Positions 55,503 to 64,000 of a stretch of 64,000 nt of DNA are shown piece by piece; within the stretch, counting starts at the first letter, position 1; each line of letters opens with the position of its first letter. The stretch spans positions 62,001-126,000 of IMG/VR virus record IMGVR_UViG_3300042147_000020; one strand, given 5' to 3'. The translations under genes were made by a program, and so were the position numbers. The notes under the pieces are model-generated. The model was not told the origin of the DNA, ran no database searches, and was given only the letters and a program-made list of their open reading frames with translations.

Positions 55503-56359
55503 GCCGCTTAGCCGATACGATCCTTGAAAACAAGGCGTACAACCAGTACGGTCGTCAGGCCATGGTTGACATCCGCAAGGGTGGTCAGAACGGTGTAGCA
55601 CCAGATTTCTCGACGTACATCAGCAACGCTGCTTACGTTCGCCGGAACCTGATCGCCATTCTGATCGAAGCTCCACGTGGCTTCCAGGATCTCGAGAACC
55701 CAGACTACTGGGTATCGACTCTGAAGAACCTCGTCGAGCTGGCGCCAAAATCCATCGAGGGTCTCCAGCAGACCCTCAGCGTTGAGCACATCGAAAACCC
55801 ATTCGGTGGCGCTGGTGAAGTTCAACAGGACATCTCCAACGTTACTCGTGCTCGTTCGGCACCTTCGTTCACCTGGACCGAGAAATACGGTAAGGCGATC
55901 GCTGCGTTCCTGAACGGCTGGGTACTCAACCTGATCATGGACCCAGAAACCAAATACCCTCGTGTGGTCAACAACGCTGAAAAGCCGACTGACCTGCTGC
56001 CGGACTACACCGGCATGACGGTATTGTTCCTGGAGCCAGATCCAACCGGCACCAAAGTGATCACTGCTTGGTTGTCTACCAACATGCGGCCTAACAGCCA
56101 AGTGGCGGAGATCACCGGTAACCGTGACGTCACTGCGGCGCTGCAAGGTCAGGACTACAGCGTGGAGTTCACTGCTCTGACTCAGGTCGGTGAAGGCGTA
56201 AACACCTTCGCTCAAGAGCTGCTGGACAACATGACTCTGACCGGTGCTAACCCTAACCTGCAAGAAGCGTTCGTCAAAGAAATTGACGCGGACGTTAAAG
56301 CAGGCGAAAGCGGTTACGCCGAACAGATCCAGAAGATGGCTGATTCAGCTATCTCCTAA
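55499..56359 (+). CDS. Tail tube protein (phiKZ gp30-like)
   Basis: 286 aa, ATGA-coupled to the sheath gene, biased codons. Confidence 0.8.
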   Translation: MSRLADTILENKAYNQYGRQAMVDIRKGGQNGVAPDFSTYISNAAYVRRNLIAILIEAPRGFQDLENPDYWVSTLKNLVELAPKSIEGLQQTLSVEHIENPFGGAGEVQQDISNVTRARSAPSFTWTEKYGKAIAAFLNGWVLNLIMDPETKYPRVVNNAEKPTDLLPDYTGMTVLFLEPDPTGTKVITAWLSTNMRPNSQVAEITGNRDVTAALQGQDYSVEFTALTQVGEGVNTFAQELLDNMTLTGANPNLQEAFVKEIDADVKAGESGYAEQIQKMADSAIS

Positions 56360-56458
56360 GTCTGGTGTGAAGCGGGAGCCTTCGGGCTTCCGTTTTATGC
56401 CGTATTTAATGAGGACTTTACTGTCTATCCCCTTCCCCACCAATAAGGATTTTGTTCC

Positions 56459-57736
56459 ATGGCCCTTAGTGAATATTTTGAAGAGCTTCCTAAAAGCAAG
56501 CTGACGGTGTCGTTCGAGAACTTCGACGCCCTGCGTGCTGTTGCCCGTGATCGTGTAGACGACCCACTGCAAGCCGACGTATCGCTGGAAGCCCTAGCTG
56601 ACGACGTCGATACCTTTGTATGCTCACTGGAGTCGATCATTGATTCCGGCCAGTGCACCATGGGCACCGCTACCATGGTCTGGGCATCGCTGGAAAGTAT
56701 CTCTGCCCGTATGGGTGTGGTGCTGACTGTTCCGTCGTTGGAAGACGCTGGTACTGATCCAGAAGTCATCCACAACATCGCCATGGAAGCGTTCGGTGAC
56801 ATCCTCGGACGTATCATCCAAGGCTACGTGAACAAGTACAAGACCATGTTCGCGGCTTTGATCATCCTGTTCCAAGGCCGTGCTAAGTTGGCACAACGCC
56901 ACAAGCGTCGCATTGGCGAATACCGCCAAGAGTGGAAAGAGAAGGAAAAGGATCTGTACAAGATCCGTCAGACCGGTAGCTCCAACGGGATGATGACCCA
57001 ACAGATGTTCTACCGCAACAACAAGGTCGAAACTGACCCGATGGCTGCGATGGCTTCTGACATGGCCTTCTACCGCTGGATGTTCGGTCCGTACTCCCGC
57101 ACCCTAGAACAAATGGCCAAGACTGTGGGTTCTACCTTCAAGTCGGTCAAGATCCAAGGCGAGAAAGACATCGACACTCTGGTGGGTAAACTGGTCAAGC
57201 TGAAGCGTCCAATCGACGTGTTCGACCAGAAGTACCTGAACAAAGGTCCGATCCTGATGGGTAACGTAGGCTTCACTCTGCGTACCAGTAAGGCACCGAA
57301 ACCAGCAGGCCGTACTCCTGAGTATGAGCGGCTGGCAGAGATGTCGGGCAAGGCGATGGTATACCCAGTGATCAAAGTGTTGAAGAAAGCCTTCGACCCA
57401 AGCTTCATCTGGAAAGACGTGGTCATCAAGAACGACGACGTGCTCAAGTACCTCGACCTGTTGGAAGAGTCCTGCGACATCATCATCGACTACGTAGAGC
57501 GCATGAAGATCCACACCGCTCCTTACTGGGCGATGGTTGATGACATGAAGCACGTGGCTGGTGCTGCTGATGGCGTGGGTAACAACGCCAAGCGTGCGAT
57601 CAAGCAGTGCATCGGTTACGGTGACTCGATCCGTTACCAACACTTCTTCCTCGTCAAGCAAATGTCGATGGTGTTGAACGACATGTCGACTGCCGGTACG
57701 TACTTCATCTCCCGTCTGATTGCTCGTTCGAAATAA
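56459..57736 (+). CDS. Internal head protein with a processed propeptide
   Basis: Cluster of S/A-x-E prohead-protease motifs (VSFE, VSLE, CSLE, ASLE, PSLE, IAME) in the N-terminal ~110 aa. Confidence 0.7.
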   Translation: MALSEYFEELPKSKLTVSFENFDALRAVARDRVDDPLQADVSLEALADDVDTFVCSLESIIDSGQCTMGTATMVWASLESISARMGVVLTVPSLEDAGTDPEVIHNIAMEAFGDILGRIIQGYVNKYKTMFAALIILFQGRAKLAQRHKRRIGEYRQEWKEKEKDLYKIRQTGSSNGMMTQQMFYRNNKVETDPMAAMASDMAFYRWMFGPYSRTLEQMAKTVGSTFKSVKIQGEKDIDTLVGKLVKLKRPIDVFDQKYLNKGPILMGNVGFTLRTSKAPKPAGRTPEYERLAEMSGKAMVYPVIKVLKKAFDPSFIWKDVVIKNDDVLKYLDLLEESCDIIIDYVERMKIHTAPYWAMVDDMKHVAGAADGVGNNAKRAIKQCIGYGDSIRYQHFFLVKQMSMVLNDMSTAGTYFISRLIARSK

Positions 57737-57738
57737 CG

Positions 57739-57792
57739 CGGCATAAAGGCAAAAAAAAAGAGGGGGCCCGAAAGCCCTCTCTTTTATGCCGC
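57739..57792. terminator. Bidirectional terminator flanked by GGCATAAAG / CTTTTATGCC
   Basis: AAAAGAGGGGGC-CCGAAA-GCCCTCTCTTTT between convergent genes. Confidence 0.8.
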
Positions 57793-58167
57793 TTTCAAAC
57801 GACGGTAATCCAGCACCAACTCGTGTATCGTGTTAAAGAGTTTCAGTCTGGCTAGATACTCTTTATCCATGGTAAACGATTTGATGTAGTTGTTCTTCAA
57901 CGCGTAGTCGTAGAACTGCTTATAACACAAAGAACGATCAGCCCAACGGTCACTGAAAGCCAAACACCACTGGAAGTAGAACACCGCCAATGGACCGCTA
58001 CAGCTAACTTGGTGTACACGCATGGGTCGCAACTCTTTAGCGAACTCTCGCTCTAGGTCAGCAAACACATTGCGTTCGGTAATGGACTTCCCCCGAAGAT
58101 CCACCGCCTCGTAACTTACCCCCGCCATGATGGCGATCAACAATGTCCTATAACGTTCTACGTCCAC
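57784..58167 (-). CDS. Hypothetical protein
   Basis: 127 aa. Confidence 0.65.
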   Translation of the reverse strand: MDVERYRTLLIAIMAGVSYEAVDLRGKSITERNVFADLEREFAKELRPMRVHQVSCSGPLAVFYFQWCLAFSDRWADRSLCYKQFYDYALKNNYIKSFTMDKEYLARLKLFNTIHELVLDYRRLKAA

Positions 58168-58204
58168 GGTCTTGCCCCTAAGGTTATTTCTTCATACGGT
58201 AGGT

Positions 58205-58561
58205 TTAGATTTCACCCATGTACTCACAGATCAAGCCACGTTCTTCCGCGTAGGCTAAGATCTTGTCTTTACACAGATGTCGATGACAGAACACCCCAGC
58301 TCGACACATGCACCCAATGGCAACCTTGTCTTGTTGGAAGAGGGCTTCCCACTCATGCGGGGAATCTTCCTGAGACTTACACAACATCGCATTGTAGCGC
58401 TCGGTGTACTCTTCCTGCGACATGCTCCCGTACTTGTACGCGTGCACGATTTCCTTCGTAGGTGAGAAGGCTGTTTCTTTCTTGAAGGTGGTATCTACAA
58501 AGAGAATACCGAGGGGAGCGCAGCGTCTCCATTGAGCCATTTGTATCGTGTACAGTTCCAT
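58205..58561 (-). CDS. DUF488-like protein
   Basis: LYTIQ N-terminus, EEYTERY and CMCRAGVFCHRH motif. Confidence 0.65.
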   Translation of the reverse strand: MELYTIQMAQWRRCAPLGILFVDTTFKKETAFSPTKEIVHAYKYGSMSQEEYTERYNAMLCKSQEDSPHEWEALFQQDKVAIGCMCRAGVFCHRHLCKDKILAYAEERGLICEYMGEI

Positions 58562-58634
58562 GGCAACCTCAACAAAAAATAAGACTCAGCATAAAAGCGG
58601 TAGGGTTGGCCCCTACCGCTTTTACACAGATTAC

Positions 58635-59510
58635 TTAGGCCTTGGCCAGAGCTTCAGCAGCACGCTTGTTGATGCCGTCGCGGACTTTCTTCAGCGAACC
58701 TTTATTGCTGTGGGCGTTCACGCCGTACTTCATCGACACGATGCCGTACTTGGTGACGGTTGCGTTCGGGTCACGAACTTCGCCTTCTTTCGGGATGCCA
58801 CCAGCCGGGTAGTCTTTCGAGCGCTGGATGGTACCGGCCAGGGAGTCGCTGCCGCAGCCGAATTCGACCGACAGTTGTTCCAGCTTCTCGTCGGCTTGGA
58901 AAGCCGGGATAGCGATGTTGGCGAGAGCTTCAGCAGTACCGGCAACCAGGTCGGTGGTGTGATCCTGGTAGGCCTTGACGATTTCTGGGGTCAGGGTTTC
59001 AGGCAGCAGCTTGTTGTACAGATCGCCACTGACTTCGACGATGCCCGCTTCACCGATTTTCATTTCGGCTTGGATAGCTGCGGCCAGGTCCAGAACGTTC
59101 TTTTTGATGTCGCTCATTGCACGATTTCCTTGCGGTTGATTATGTACTTCGGATTTATGAGGGGTAACTACATACACTTGTTCAGCGCAGTAATCTTTTA
59201 CTGGTTGATTAGAGTGTTGCAGGGCACTAGCAACAGTGTCCTTTACAGCTTTATCGACGATCTCATTGATCTCGTCTTGGGTGAGTTCCCTTGGTATAGG
59301 GAACACTGCTTCGATTACTTCGGCCACTTCAAAAACGATCTCCTCACGGATCTCGTCATCAAGGTTGTCGAACCAATGGTCAAACCCGCGCCGCATGCCC
59401 AGTTCAACTAGGACAGCATTAGCAGCTCTTACAGGAGGGACAGTCAGATCAAGGTCATCTAGAACAGGACACTTGTCTGCGATCTCCAACAGCGCTTTAG
59501 CAGTAGACAT
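58635..59510 (-). CDS. Early protein with a probable in-frame internal start at 59117 (160-aa C-terminal product)
   Basis: AAGGA RBS before the internal ATG. Codon usage changes at that point. Confidence 0.7.
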   Translation of the reverse strand: MSTAKALLEIADKCPVLDDLDLTVPPVRAANAVLVELGMRRGFDHWFDNLDDEIREEIVFEVAEVIEAVFPIPRELTQDEINEIVDKAVKDTVASALQHSNQPVKDYCAEQVYVVTPHKSEVHNQPQGNRAMSDIKKNVLDLAAAIQAEMKIGEAGIVEVSGDLYNKLLPETLTPEIVKAYQDHTTDLVAGTAEALANIAIPAFQADEKLEQLSVEFGCGSDSLAGTIQRSKDYPAGGIPKEGEVRDPNATVTKYGIVSMKYGVNAHSNKGSLKKVRDGINKRAAEALAKA

Positions 59511-59552
59511 TACTGTCTCCCGGTAATAGATTCAAGCTGGTTATTGCACTTA

Positions 59553-59570
59553 AGTAATATATACCTAAGT
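59553..59570 (-). promoter_or_regulatory. Early promoter
   Basis: Minus strand ACTTAGGTATATATTACT. Confidence 0.6.
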
Positions 59571-59588
59571 TTTCTTCGAATCGACTCT

Positions 59589-59912
59589 TCAGTTACGCTC
59601 AGCTAACACCGTGATCATTCCACGGTCATGACCGATGGCTGTGATCGAGAGTAGAGACTCCTTCTCATTATAGCCAACCCGTAGGAACCAGATACGCTTG
59701 AGGTTCTTGCGCACGTATTCAACCCAACGCTGGGCAACGTGACTGGTCGGACGTGGATTGTCTTGATACCACTTCTCAATGGTGCTCAGGATGTCACGCT
59801 TGACACGATCGTGTCGTTCCCAGTGTGGATGTATCTCTAACTCGTAGTGCAGCGCCTTAGCGTCCTCAGCCATTCTTAACTTCCACCGTTGGTTCAGGAC
59901 GTTCCACTTCAA
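59589..59912 (-). CDS. Hypothetical protein
   Basis: About 95-107 aa, start uncertain. Confidence 0.6.
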   Translation of the reverse strand: MKWNVLNQRWKLRMAEDAKALHYELEIHPHWERHDRVKRDILSTIEKWYQDNPRPTSHVAQRWVEYVRKNLKRIWFLRVGYNEKESLLSITAIGHDRGMITVLAERN

Positions 59913-60213
59913 ACCGGGATGGAATCTCTTCCCGCTTCCAAGGTACAGTCAGTTTCCCTGAAGAATGGACATTCAGGATCAGTGCTTGCTTAGCCAGAAT
60001 TACTCGACTGTCACTCAGCGTGAACATGGTGTTCTGTTTGATCTTTAAGTAACGCCCAGCCTTGATGTGCTTTACGCCCACCACGTACGCATCCAAGTGA
60101 ATGATGCGATCACCCAGTTGTAGCTGATGACAGTTTACGGAGACCCTAGCCATGACGACCACTCCACATGGATTACAATAATGCACACGAACAATCATTG
60201 GGTGGTGGATCAC
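59866..60213 (-). CDS. Hypothetical beta-rich protein
   Basis: About 95-115 aa, LQLGD motif, start uncertain. Confidence 0.55.
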   Translation of the reverse strand: MIHHPMIVRVHYCNPCGVVVMARVSVNCHQLQLGDRIIHLDAYVVGVKHIKAGRYLKIKQNTMFTLSDSRVILAKQALILNVHSSGKLTVPWKREEIPSRFEVERPEPTVEVKNG

Positions 60214-60520
60214 GCTCGAGTACCTTCAACACAGGTTCAAGCTTCTTCTCCCAAACGATGTGTTCGTGGTAACCATTGCTCTTAACAGCCACAGCCAACC
60301 CCGACTCTGGGAAGATGTATCCGTACCAAGCCCCAGCCGAATAAAACTTCAGGCGCAGAACTTTCTTGATCTCGCCCTCAGTGATGCGACCTAAAGCATT
60401 GACCTGGACTGTGGTGTTTGGTTGGTAGACCAGGTCTTCTTCAATGATCTCCCAACTCTCATTGACCAAGACGTCTCCTTTACGAAGACGAACCACTTCC
60501 ATCATTACGGGTTCTTTCAT
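60173..60520 (-). CDS. Hypothetical beta-rich protein
   Basis: GAGGAG RBS before ATG at 60520, LRKGD motif. Confidence 0.65.
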   Translation of the reverse strand: MKEPVMMEVVRLRKGDVLVNESWEIIEEDLVYQPNTTVQVNALGRITEGEIKKVLRLKFYSAGAWYGYIFPESGLAVAVKSNGYHEHIVWEKKLEPVLKVLERDPPPNDCSCALL

Positions 60521-60732
60521 TACGCACTCCTCATCAACAACCAACCCAGACCACGTCGTACAGGCTTAAAGACCACGATGCTCGCTAGAAACAGAATTTG
60601 AAGGATTGTCACCAGCAGGCTCAGTTTTAGGAACAGTAGGACGAACACGTCTACAATCAAGAAGCCTAATAGCACGATCAAGATAAACTTGGAGATGGCT
60701 GATTTCATGGGTTTGTTTTTCTTCTGGGTCAT
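60520..60732 (-). CDS. Small two-helix membrane protein
   Basis: Basic N-terminus, long hydrophobic run, PVRR motif. Confidence 0.6.
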   Translation of the reverse strand: MTQKKNKPMKSAISKFILIVLLGFLIVDVFVLLFLKLSLLVTILQILFLASIVVFKPVRRGLGWLLMRSA

Positions 60733-60928
60733 GCTTGAATACCATACGACGAACTGGGTCGTAGACTAAGGGTAGGAAGAGTATAGCTACATAGAAGACT
60801 TGGGCTAAGATGACACTAATCCCCAGAGGGATAAACTGAGCTAAGATAGCTATCAGACACAAGTAGCTAACTGAGCAGGCGAGCAAGTACCAAGCCTTAC
60901 GAGATATACTGCGGATGTATGCTTTCAT
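60566..60928 (-). CDS. Small two-helix membrane protein
   Basis: Two hydrophobic segments then PVRR. The C-terminal tail overlaps the next gene. Confidence 0.6.
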   Translation of the reverse strand: MKAYIRSISRKAWYLLACSVSYLCLIAILAQFIPLGISVILAQVFYVAILFLPLVYDPVRRMVFKHDPEEKQTHEISHLQVYLDRAIRLLDCRRVRPTVPKTEPAGDNPSNSVSSEHRGL

Positions 60929-60985
60929 GGTAAGAATACCTGATTGATTAAAAGACTATGCTACAACTTTGTAGTTCATCACCTA

Positions 60986-61003
60986 AGTAATATAGGTTTC
61001 AAA
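60986..61003 (-). promoter_or_regulatory. Early promoter
   Basis: Minus strand TTTGAAACCTATATTACT, a perfect TATATTAC. Confidence 0.75.
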
Positions 61004-61080
61004 TAAATTTGAACAGAATCAGTTTTAAAGGGCATAAAAGCCCCAAGGGCTACACACCCTTGGGGTCTTATGCGATCGTG

Positions 61081-61794
61081 TCACCAGTGAGCGCTGGGAG
61101 GCTCCTGATGGGATAGGAGATCAGCCGTCTGGCCTTTCACCTTACCCCACTCAGCCGCTGAGAGTTTAGTGAGGTTTGCTACCTCACACTTGTCCCACGT
61201 CTTCCCACTCCGCTCAAAACGGAAGGTCCAATACCCTTCGGTCAAGATCACGTCCTGACTGAAATGTACATTGGCACCCTTACTCACTTCAAAGTAAGCT
61301 TCGATGGTTCTCGAGATCTTACTGTTGAGTTGGGTCTCAATCACAGACCGGTAGAAGAACTTTCCGATGATCTCGGATGCGTACTGCCACTTCTCTGGCT
61401 TATAAGGAACCAACCAACGTTCGTCTGTCCAATCTGCATCGAACAGAACTTTAACCGAAGGTTTAACAGAGACTTCATTGCGGAAACCGTAGATGTACCA
61501 ACCGTCTTTCCACTGTTTCTCTGAACGACCCCAGCGCCAGTCGCCGTCGTCATTCACATACCCCAAGATACAACCAAAGATCGTCGGCGCCACACTGACG
61601 CGAGGAACCGAACGGTCTTCGTTCATTGCTGAACGTTGAGTCAATTGGGGAATGAACTTTTTGATCGCAGGGTTAATCGAGATGTGGTACAGAAACTCCT
61701 GACCCAACTCTTCAGGTGACACAACCTTACAGCTTTTACCCACACCGTTGCGAAACGATTCGATGTACGCCTTGCAGGCTTCAACATCATTCAT
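61081..61794 (-). CDS. Conserved protein downstream of the protease
   Basis: 237 aa with LYHIS...EDRSVPRVSVAPT. Confidence 0.7.
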   Translation of the reverse strand: MNDVEACKAYIESFRNGVGKSCKVVSPEELGQEFLYHISINPAIKKFIPQLTQRSAMNEDRSVPRVSVAPTIFGCILGYVNDDGDWRWGRSEKQWKDGWYIYGFRNEVSVKPSVKVLFDADWTDERWLVPYKPEKWQYASEIIGKFFYRSVIETQLNSKISRTIEAYFEVSKGANVHFSQDVILTEGYWTFRFERSGKTWDKCEVANLTKLSAAEWGKVKGQTADLLSHQEPPSAHW

Positions 61795-61803
61795 ACAACC
61801 CCC

Positions 61804-62568
61804 TTACCAGCGGGCCGAAGGTGGCAACACCAAACCAGCAGGGCCAGTTTTCTTCCAACCGAAGTCAACGAAGATCGAACCGCTGCTCACGCCACCATTG
61901 TCTTCCATCGACACACCTTCGCCAACACCGCTTTCCATCGCTTCGATGTGATCACGGGTGAACTCGGCTTCCTCGAAGGATTCCAAAGAAGGAGAGTTCC
62001 ACTTACGAGCAATGTCAATACCAGGCTCGTTCACGTAGTCCCAGGTGACGATCGTACGGATGTGCTTGACCAGACGTCCGCCTTCGATCTTGTCGTCCGT
62101 CAGTGAGCGTACAGAGAAGCACACGCTTTCGTTCGGATTCTCCATCGACTCGCCCAACGCCTGACCTTTCGGACCAGATGGCTTGACGTGACCGATGACA
62201 GCAACCACACGATTACCTGACTTGTCTTTGATAGCGTCCTTCTCGATGCGAACATCTTTGAAGTGGCAGCAGACGTTATCTTCGTAGATCGTTGACACAC
62301 GACGCAGGAAGCTGCGCATGTCTTGACCCGGCAGTTGTTTGGGGTGACCATACTCGCCACGGCAAGCACCAGTCTCGATACGACGCATCAGGTTCGAGGA
62401 TTGCTCGAACAGTGACTGAGCCGATTTCAGCGGATAGAAAGCACCACCGCTGTTGTAGGTGTCCAAACCGCCCAGAACGAACTCGTAATAGCCGTCACTG
62501 TCTGCGGTCATCTTCCCTACTTTGTTTGTGCCACGCAACGCGACACAACCGTAACTTACACGTTCCAT
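61804..62568 (-). CDS. Prohead (head maturation) serine protease, phiKZ gp175-like
   Basis: GEYGHP, CFSVRSL and TWDYVNEPG catalytic motifs. C-terminal SLE/SME autocleavage motifs. Confidence 0.85.
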   Translation of the reverse strand: MERVSYGCVALRGTNKVGKMTADSDGYYEFVLGGLDTYNSGGAFYPLKSAQSLFEQSSNLMRRIETGACRGEYGHPKQLPGQDMRSFLRRVSTIYEDNVCCHFKDVRIEKDAIKDKSGNRVVAVIGHVKPSGPKGQALGESMENPNESVCFSVRSLTDDKIEGGRLVKHIRTIVTWDYVNEPGIDIARKWNSPSLESFEEAEFTRDHIEAMESGVGEGVSMEDNGGVSSGSIFVDFGWKKTGPAGLVLPPSARW

Positions 62569-62575
62569 AAGGCAC

Positions 62576-63301
62576 CTACCTTCTCAAGAGTCCTTCGATA
62601 GGCTCCACTGTGTCAGATGGATTCACCAAAGCAGAGGTGAGGCCTTCTTCCCAGTAAGCACCTACCAGTTTTGCTGTAGTGTTACTTGCCCCGTACGTCA
62701 CGCTTCGCAGAGGGATGTAGAACGCGGGGATAGTCCCCAGATCCTTTTCCAACTTCAAAGCGTGGCGATAGAACATTGACCGGTCTGCGGACAAACGACT
62801 GATCGCAGCGATGATCATTTCCACGATGGCGAAGTTAGCACCCACAGACACACCAGCATGTTTCGGTGCACTCTCGAAGATACGCCCCAAGTCCTCGTAA
62901 GACATGAACCAAGGAACGTGTCCCTTGGCAATGATCTCCGAATAGACTCGGTAAATGAAAGTGTCTCGTCTAACCAGGTTGAGGTCAGCAATAACCACAC
63001 TACCCGGATCGAAGACAAACTCAATGTAGTCCTCATCATCCAGTTTGATGTAGTTAGTACTTGTGGGTTCAATGCGCATCATGGCGTTGACCAACGACAC
63101 ACCGTAGTAGGCGTCATCGACCGTGATTGCAAAGATACCAGAGATCGAAGTCTCGGTACCTAAGAACGCCATCTGTTGTTCTGTAAAACGGGCAGGGATG
63201 TAAATCTTACACCCCTTCGTTGTTACCAACGTTCCGTCTTCCATCTCCCGCAGATACGCATGAACCTTCGAAGGATCTCGTTTGAACTTTCTCGGGTCCA
63301 T
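62576..63301 (-). CDS. Conserved putative virion protein upstream of the protease
   Basis: 241 aa in operon with the protease. Confidence 0.65.
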   Translation of the reverse strand: MDPRKFKRDPSKVHAYLREMEDGTLVTTKGCKIYIPARFTEQQMAFLGTETSISGIFAITVDDAYYGVSLVNAMMRIEPTSTNYIKLDDEDYIEFVFDPGSVVIADLNLVRRDTFIYRVYSEIIAKGHVPWFMSYEDLGRIFESAPKHAGVSVGANFAIVEMIIAAISRLSADRSMFYRHALKLEKDLGTIPAFYIPLRSVTYGASNTTAKLVGAYWEEGLTSALVNPSDTVEPIEGLLRR

Positions 63302-63312
63302 CGGTTATTTCC

Positions 63313-64000
63313 TTAGGCGGACGGATTGACTTTGTCAGCGGTGATCAGAGTAGCAACCCAGTTCGGGATGTATTCGATCATTGCCAGCAGACCAGCCTCA
63401 CGAATGTCCAGGGTTGGGTTTTCTTTGGCCGCTGTGTCGAGCATGGTCAGAATTTCCAGTGCGTCGGTGTGCGGGAACATGACGTTGCAGACCACTTTGC
63501 GGCAGGTGAGGAACAGGCAGTCTTCGTACCAGTTGTTCGGCATGTCGCGCACGTAAGCGTGCAGGGCCGTGACGTAGATGCTGCGCTCGGTAACCAATAG
63601 GTCATCCGGCAGAGCAGCGATCTGTTGTTCAACCGCACGTACCAGACCAGTCAGGTAGTGGTTCGCCTTTTGCAGACGCAGGTTGGTCGACATCACACGC
63701 TCTTGGCTTTCCCAGATCTTGACGTACTGGTCTTTGCGATCGAGTAGCATGTCGAAGCTGTAGTTGCGGTCGGTCAGGAAAGCACCGAACAGAACTTCAG
63801 GAGAACCACCGGCTTCCAGGAACTTGCCGTACATGTCGCCGTTCACGCGGATCGCAATCGGAGTGATACCGATGTCGTCTTCACGGAACTGAGTCCAGTC
63901 GTTGATCAGAGTCTTCTTGCTAACAGCAGACTCACGACGCTCGAGCACACGCACCATCGCACGACCCGATTGGGCAACGATTTCAGCAACGAACTCTTTG
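63313..64000 (-). CDS. C-terminal part of a larger gene truncated by the window end
   Basis: The reading frame stays open to the window edge, with biased codons. Confidence 0.7.
   Translation of the reverse strand, partial: KEFVAEIVAQSGRAMVRVLERRESAVSKKTLINDWTQFREDDIGITPIAIRVNGDMYGKFLEAGGSPEVLFGAFLTDRNYSFDMLLDRKDQYVKIWESQERVMSTNLRLQKANHYLTGLVRAVEQQIAALPDDLLVTERSIYVTALHAYVRDMPNNWYEDCLFLTCRKVVCNVMFPHTDALEILTMLDTAAKENPTLDIREAGLLAMIEYIPNWVATLITADKVNPSA

Overview
Segment of a nucleus-forming jumbo phage genome (phiKZ-like / Chimalliviridae). The host is probably a pseudomonad, inferred from a Pseudomonas-type PL7 lyase. Most genes are on the minus strand. The left third is the conserved replication/nucleus block: non-virion RNAP beta, beta' and gp68-like subunits, a PicA/Imp1 candidate, SbcD, chimallin (ChmA) and a family-B DNA polymerase subunit. 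The right third has PhuZ tubulin, terminase, baseplate/virion genes, tail sheath and tube, a processed head protein and the prohead protease. Between them (about 26.8-36.1 kb) is an accessory island dominated by RNA genes. It holds 7 canonical tRNAs, 3 tRNA-shaped RNAs whose anticodon arm is replaced by a long structured insert, and a degenerate tRNA. It also holds two large gene-free structured regions (~800 and ~550 nt) and several 120-430 nt structured spacers, two of which are paralogous and show a compensatory helix. A few cargo proteins sit in the island: a secreted thermonuclease, a PL7 alginate lyase and a Tad2/DUF2829 protein. phiKZ gene equivalences rest on motifs plus remembered synteny, not on a search. 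All RNA structures were paired by eye, not folded computationally.
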